Source: Bugula neritina | Lineage: Eukaryota > Animalia > Bryozoa | Reading direction: 5' to 3' | DNA length: 64,000 bases | Assembly (NCBI GenBank): GCA_964035545.1 | Contig: OZ037770.1 | Location: 13,692,642 to 13,756,641 of the forward strand | Shown: positions 59,449 through 64,000 of the stretch, piece after piece | How positions within the stretch are numbered: position 1 is the stretch's first letter | Layout of the letters: each line of letters opens with the position of its first letter | The notes under the pieces: generated by a model | What the model was told of the DNA's origin: nothing | Seen by the model: the letters and a program-made list of their open reading frames with translations, nothing else | Database searches by the model: none | Translations under genes and position numbers: made by a program

Positions 59449-62400
59449 TACTACTGCTACTACTGCTACTACTGCTACTACTACTAAGTAGCAATACTTT
59501 GTTTCAGGTTCGGCTCACCTCTCGATATACAAATGACTTCTCCCGCTCTGCCAATGAACTCTCCGGCTAATATACCAGCTCCTAGTCCCTCCTCCAACAT
59601 ACTCGCAGCCAGTCCCGGGCTTTTATACCACCCTCAAGGTTTGTGCATTTCTCACACTATTGAGTTTCCGTGGTATGCGGACTAGTACGTCTGCATTGTA
59701 CGTCTGCAGTTATAGTCTTTAGTGTGTGAAGTCTAAACTGCACTGTCTGGCATGTACAGTCTTTGCCAAATCACAAGATTTTTTAATGACAGTAGTAGAT
59801 AGTCTTTTTACTTATTATCATAATTCGTGGAGTTATCTTCTGTTTTAACTAGATCTTTGTTTTCCTGTCAGGCACCCCACAAGGTTTGGACTCGGGCACT
59901 GGATTCCCAAACCCGTCACCCAAATCGAGTTGGTTGAATTCACCGGCAGCAGCGGCATCTTCCAACTACACGCTGTCGCCTAGAGCTGCCGGCATCTCTC
60001 AGACCAGTTCCTCGCCTCGTACCGATCAGTTGGCAGGTAATAATATAGTCTGAGTACTGATCAGTTGGCAGGTAATAATATAGTCTGAGTAGTAATCAGT
60101 TGGCAGGTAATAATATAGTCTGAGTAAAAGATCAGTTGGCAGGTAATAATATAGTCTGAGTACTGATCAGTTGGCAGGCAATAGTATAGTCTGAGTAGTG
60201 ATCAGTTGGCAGGTAATAGTATAGTCTGAGTACTGATCAGTTGGCAGGTAATAATATAGACTGAGTAGTGATCAGTTGGCAGGTAATAATATAGTCTGAG
60301 TAGTGATCAGTTGGCAGGTAATAATATAGTCTGAGTAATGATTTCATTCGAGTCAGTTAGAGTGTGAACTCAGTGTTGAACTTACTGTAGATATGTAGAT
60401 ATGTATGTATAATTTATTCATTGTCTGTGTATATTTTTAAAAAAGGTAAAAAGCTGCACTAGCTGCTTTTGCTATAGAATAATTAAAATACTATTTTCTG
60501 GTGGGATCTTGTGGAAGGCAAGAAATTCTGGAATGTTTCTACCATCATTTGTTTCCTTCTCATTGCAGGAAGACGTGTTGCAGCTCGCTCAACCTACAAC
60601 GTGCCAACTTTCTTATCTCACTCGTCATTGGCTAAGATGCTGTCATCTAAACCAATCAGCAGAGCCGACAATGCAGCTGAGCAGTTCTCTCCAACAAGAT
60701 GTTGCCCACTGGAAAGGTTTCTTGGCTCGGCTCAGTTGAAAAGGCACCTGTCAAAGATCCTGGGCAATGACATCAAAGACAAGGTACTTGATTTTTGTGA
60801 ATAGTTCGTGTTAGATATCGAGTGCCTGTGTTGTCTCAGAATTCTAAGAGTCAAGGTGTGGAACAGCTGAATGACCAGTTGCTTTGTATCAATGCATTTA
60901 TTTTTGTTTGTTTTATTTATTATTAGTACTAAGTGAAAGGAATAAATACATTTAATTAAAATAGAAAAATGTTGTTGGCAAGGTTTTGTGGTACAATAGT
61001 GCTGCAGCTAGTCCAGGCACACAAACCATGAATGGTTGATGGATTTTTGTTCAGCAGTCTATTAGGCTTATATAAATCCAGCAATGTAGATTTGACATTA
61101 AGTAGTTGATGAGTTTATATTAAAAACCAGCCTTCCCTCCACACTGCAGATTGAATTCGACAATTTATTTTTTATATACACTGGACTCTCCAATTTATTT
61201 TCTCTTCTGTTCTCTCACATAACTCTGGTAACTTCTGTTCTCTCACATAACTCTAGTAACTTCTGCTCTCTCAGATAACTCTGGTAACTTCTGCTCTCTC
61301 AGATAACTCTAGTAACTTCTGTTCTCTCAGATAACTCTGGTAACTTCTGTTCTCTCACATAACTCTAGTAACTTCTGCTCTCTCACATAACTCTAGTAAC
61401 TTCTGTTCTCTCACATAACTCTGGTAACTTCTGTTCTCTCACATAACTCTAGTAACTTCTGTTCTCTCACATAACTCTAGTAACTTCTGTTCTCTCACAT
61501 AACTCTGGTAACTTCTGTTCTCTCAGATAACTCTGGTAACTTCTGTTCTCTCACATAACTCTAGTAACTTCTGTTCTCTCACATAACTCTGGTAACTTCT
61601 GTTCTCTCAGATAACTCTGGTAACTTCTGTTCTCTCACATAACTCTAGTAACTTCTGTTCTCTCACATAACTCTAGTAACTTCTGTTCTCTCACATAACT
61701 CTGGTAACTTCTGTTCTCTCACATAACTCTGGTAAGTTCTGTTCTCTCAGATAACTCTAGTAACTTCTGTTCTCTCAGATAACTCTGGTAACTTCTATTC
61801 TCTCAGATAACTCTGGTAACTTCTGGTGTCGAAGCTGGAACCATCAGCTGGATCGCCGAGTCTCTCCAGTACAAAGTTTTTATGAATAATAGTTCACAGG
61901 GTTTACAGCTCTCCGTCACTTATAGTCAAGGTATGTTCAACTTATTTCTAGTATTAAAGCTTTCTTTTATTGGTGACATTATTTGTGGAAATTTGTTTGA
62001 ATCTTCTGTTTATGGTAGATATGTTGATGTGTAAAAGTTTCGTTAATTATTTTTCATGTGTAAAGTTTTTTCACTCAAAAGTTTGCTTACTTAACATTCT
62101 TTATATTTTTTAGATCAGTCTCAGCCTAATGTGATGTGGACCTCTGAAGAATTAAGTCTATTGGAAAGGTTTTTTGTCCAGAGAGTAGCCTGTGCGCCAT
62201 ACAAACAGAACAACATGCTCTCTTTCTGTCGTATGACAGCTACTCCAGCTAAAATCATAAAAGACTTCATTCGTATTATCAGAAAGCAATTAGTAAGTTG
62301 TATACTAATTCTCGAGGCCATAACTCCTGGCATTGTCGATTGTTAGTGTTATCAGTTGGAGGCTGTTTAATTTACTTATACATTATAGAGATTCTATCAA

Positions 62401-63581
62401 AATAGGTCGTACATTCAAGTTTTATTTTATGTTCAAGAAATTCCCCAAATGTCATATATCAAGCGCTTACATTTTTTTTGGTCTTAAAAGCAAGTTGTAG
62501 TGAAATATGATACAAAATATACCTCTTCAATTACCAATGATAATAGATTATTATTCATTTAGCAGTCATTTCTGCTAAATATCAAAGTATTATGTGGAAG
62601 TCGTTATGTTGACATTGCTAAGATTTGTTTTACGTTGTCACTGCAGTTCCCAGATCTGAACACTGTGTGGAGAGTCGAGTGGTGCCTCACTCTTCCTCGG
62701 GACACAAGCAGACGTATCGAGAAATCAGACAGACTGGAGACGGGAATCGGTGCTATGATAGTGCAGTCCAATAAGATACTGTATGTGGTGAGTAGTACAG
62801 CTAGCTCCCTCTAGTGGTAGTAGTACAGCTAGCTCCCTTTAGTGCTAAGTAGTACAGCTAGCTCCCTCTAGTGGTGAGTAGTACAGCTAGCTCCCTCTAG
62901 TGGTAGTAGTACAGCTAGCTCCCTCTAGTGGTGAGTAGTACAGCTAGCTCCCTCTGGTGGTGAGTAGTACAGCTAGCTCTCTCTAGTGGTGAGTAGTACA
63001 GCTAGCTCCCTCAGTGGTGAGAAGTACAGTTAGCTCCCTCTAGTGGTAGTAGTACAGTTAGCTCCCTCTAGTGGTGAGTAGTACAGTTAGCTTCCTCCAG
63101 TGGTAGTAGTACAGTTAGCTCTCTCTAGTGGTGAATGGTACAGCTAGCTTCCTCTACTAGTAGCAACTCCTTTTACAGTTGTTTCTTGAAATGTATACTT
63201 TATATTATTGTAATATTTTAGTTGAAATTCATCAGAAATTCCGTAACTGAGAGCCAAGGGGAAATGATGCAATTCAGCGCCCCGTTTGTCTATGAGATTG
63301 GTTCGGATGTCACGCAGGTACGAACTATCTACTCCCTATGCTCACTACTTGTAAACTCTTCTCTTTCAGTTATGATCCACTCTTAATCTCAATCTGGTTT
63401 GTAGCTGGCGGACAAGACCTCCAGCAACAGACCAGACTCCTCCTTCACGCTGCCAATCAACCAGATTCTCCAGAACATACGGCAGCAGCAGGCAAACTAT
63501 CAGCAGCAGCAGATGACTGCAATATACGCCTCGTGTCAGGAAATCTGCAGCCGGCTTGTTTTACCAACTAATTTGATTTGA
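45474..63581 (+). CDS. MED14: Mediator of RNA polymerase II transcription subunit 14
   Basis: [18 protein letters not shown]|[34 protein letters not shown]...[89 protein letters not shown]. Start is GCCATGG at 45474 (alternative in-frame ATG at 45444). Exons: 45474-45583, 46024-46330, 46794-46923, 47206-47363, 47483-47605, 49026-49114, 49358-49401, 50242-50360, 50642-50753, 51398-51526, 51722-51818, 53017-53176, 53715-53910, 54313-54517, 54820-54931, 55360-55522, 55903-55982, 56240-56422, 56838-56918, 57161-57352, 57792-57891, 58222-58351, 59508-59638, 59872-60036, 60569-60783, 61807-61930, 62114-62292, 62647-62787, 63222-63317, 63405-63581 (TGA). Confidence 0.95.
46555..46807. repeat. ~40-bp tandem repeat containing the MED14 acceptor and first 14 exon nt
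   Basis: TTGTATATAGTATATGGTGTTTACAG|GATAAGATAATTCC; ~6 copies, more diverged leftward. Confidence 0.9.
47606..48860. repeat. 20-bp minisatellite, ~62 copies (GTGTAGTGTTATATACTGTA), starting at the MED14 donor
   Basis: The first unit is the donor GTATAATGTTATATACTGTA at 47606. Confidence 0.97.
49408..50228. repeat. ACTATAACTCTGTAACTACT-type minisatellite grading into (ACT)n microsatellite
   Basis: Fills almost the whole intron 49402-50241. Confidence 0.95.
50751..50990. repeat. ~20-bp degenerate repeat (ACTGTGAGTGTGGTACTGTGTG) containing the MED14 donor T|GTGAGT
   Basis: Multiple ACTGTGAGT copies downstream of the true donor at 50754. Confidence 0.85.
51933..52004 (-). tRNA. tRNA-Asp(GTC), in a MED14 intron, antisense to MED14
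   Basis: Identical to 10227-10298. T-run terminator (A-run 51917-51926 on +). Confidence 0.97.
52596..52667 (-). tRNA. tRNA-Asp(GTC), in the same MED14 intron
   Basis: Identical to the other two. T-run terminator (A-run 52583-52589 on +). Confidence 0.97.
53176..53395. repeat. ~21-22-bp G-rich minisatellite (GTTAGTACAGGAGTGTAGGGGG), ~10 copies, starting at the MED14 donor
   Basis: The first unit is the donor G|GTTAGTACAG at 53177. Confidence 0.9.
55970..56083. repeat. ~56-bp direct duplication of a MED14 exon end plus donor
   Basis: TAGAAACTACCTG|GTATGTGATATCCTAGAATAACCATCCTGAGTAT.CAGTGTG occurs twice. Confidence 0.9.
58365..59486. repeat. ~1.1-kb (ACT)n microsatellite with GCT/ACC/AGT variants
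   Basis: Fills intron 58352-59507. Confidence 0.97.
60019..60340. repeat. 35-bp minisatellite, ~9 copies, containing a MED14 exon end plus donor
   Basis: GTAC[C/T]GATCAGTTGGCAG|GTAATAATATAGTCTGA. Confidence 0.95.
61204..61824. repeat. 28-bp minisatellite, ~22 copies, containing the MED14 acceptor plus exon start
   Basis: CTTCTGTTCTCTCA[C/G]|ATAACTCT[G/A]GTAA. The last copy is the functional acceptor (61806). Confidence 0.95.
62785..63152. repeat. ~28-29-bp minisatellite, ~13 copies, containing the MED14 donor
   Basis: GTG|GTGAGTAGTACAGCTAGCTCCCTCTA. Confidence 0.95.
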
Positions 63582-64000
63582 CTGCACCAAGCCATGCACT
63601 AGAATGTTCTCCCAAATATCTTTTAAGTTGATGTAATATACATCATAGCAGCTGCGAAGTGGAGTTTCAACTATTTATTTGGAAGAATCTAGAATGCTAA
63701 TGTTAGAAATGTGTGGCCAGTTGGGTTCATTCTCGGTTACAACAATGGACTGGTGTGTCGGTAAGTAACACCAACTGTTCTTTACCACAGTTTACACTTT
63801 GCACCTTTCTCATGAACTCATCAATCACTGAACAAGGTAAAAAGGTTTGTTTCTTTAAATAGCTGCGCATTGTAAATTTGTTTCTGCATTTGTAAATTTG
63901 TCACTCGATTTAATATTTTGTTATGCTTTATACACGTACTTTGTAACACACTTCAATTTTCTGAATACTACAAATTTTAGTATTTGACTAAAACTATAAT

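Noticed and set aside
63338-63571. 77-aa ORF as the MED14 last exon frame
   Set aside because: Phase from the 63317 donor gives a different frame (LADKTSS...RLVLPTNLI*, stop 63581), which fits the MED14 C-terminus better.

Overview
AT-rich, intron-dense animal (invertebrate-type) nuclear DNA, not prokaryotic. I cannot name the species. By hand-splicing GT-AG exons I reconstruct three multi-exon genes. (1) Minus strand: a still life (SIF)/TIAM-family Rac GEF (N-myristoylation motif, EVH1, PH-CC-Ex, RBD, PDZ, DH-PH), ATG at 25924, last exon running off the left edge. (2) Plus strand: IBTK (ankyrin-RCC1-BTB), 30716-43785, head-to-head with SIF across a ~330 bp region. (3) Plus strand: MED14, ~45474-63581. 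Three identical intronic tRNA-Asp(GTC) genes, two decayed copies of one probable SINE family and many mini/microsatellites are also present. The most unusual signals are: (a) about 14 tandem repeats anchored on exon-intron junctions, which create arrays of decoy splice sites; (b) a mosaic of AGT/ACT-type hexamers concentrated in the putative first intron of all three genes; (c) two candidate in-frame SIF microexons and a candidate internal promoter for a DH-PH-only isoform; (d) out-of-frame uORFs overlapping the IBTK and SIF start codons. All gene models are sequence-only and need transcript confirmation.
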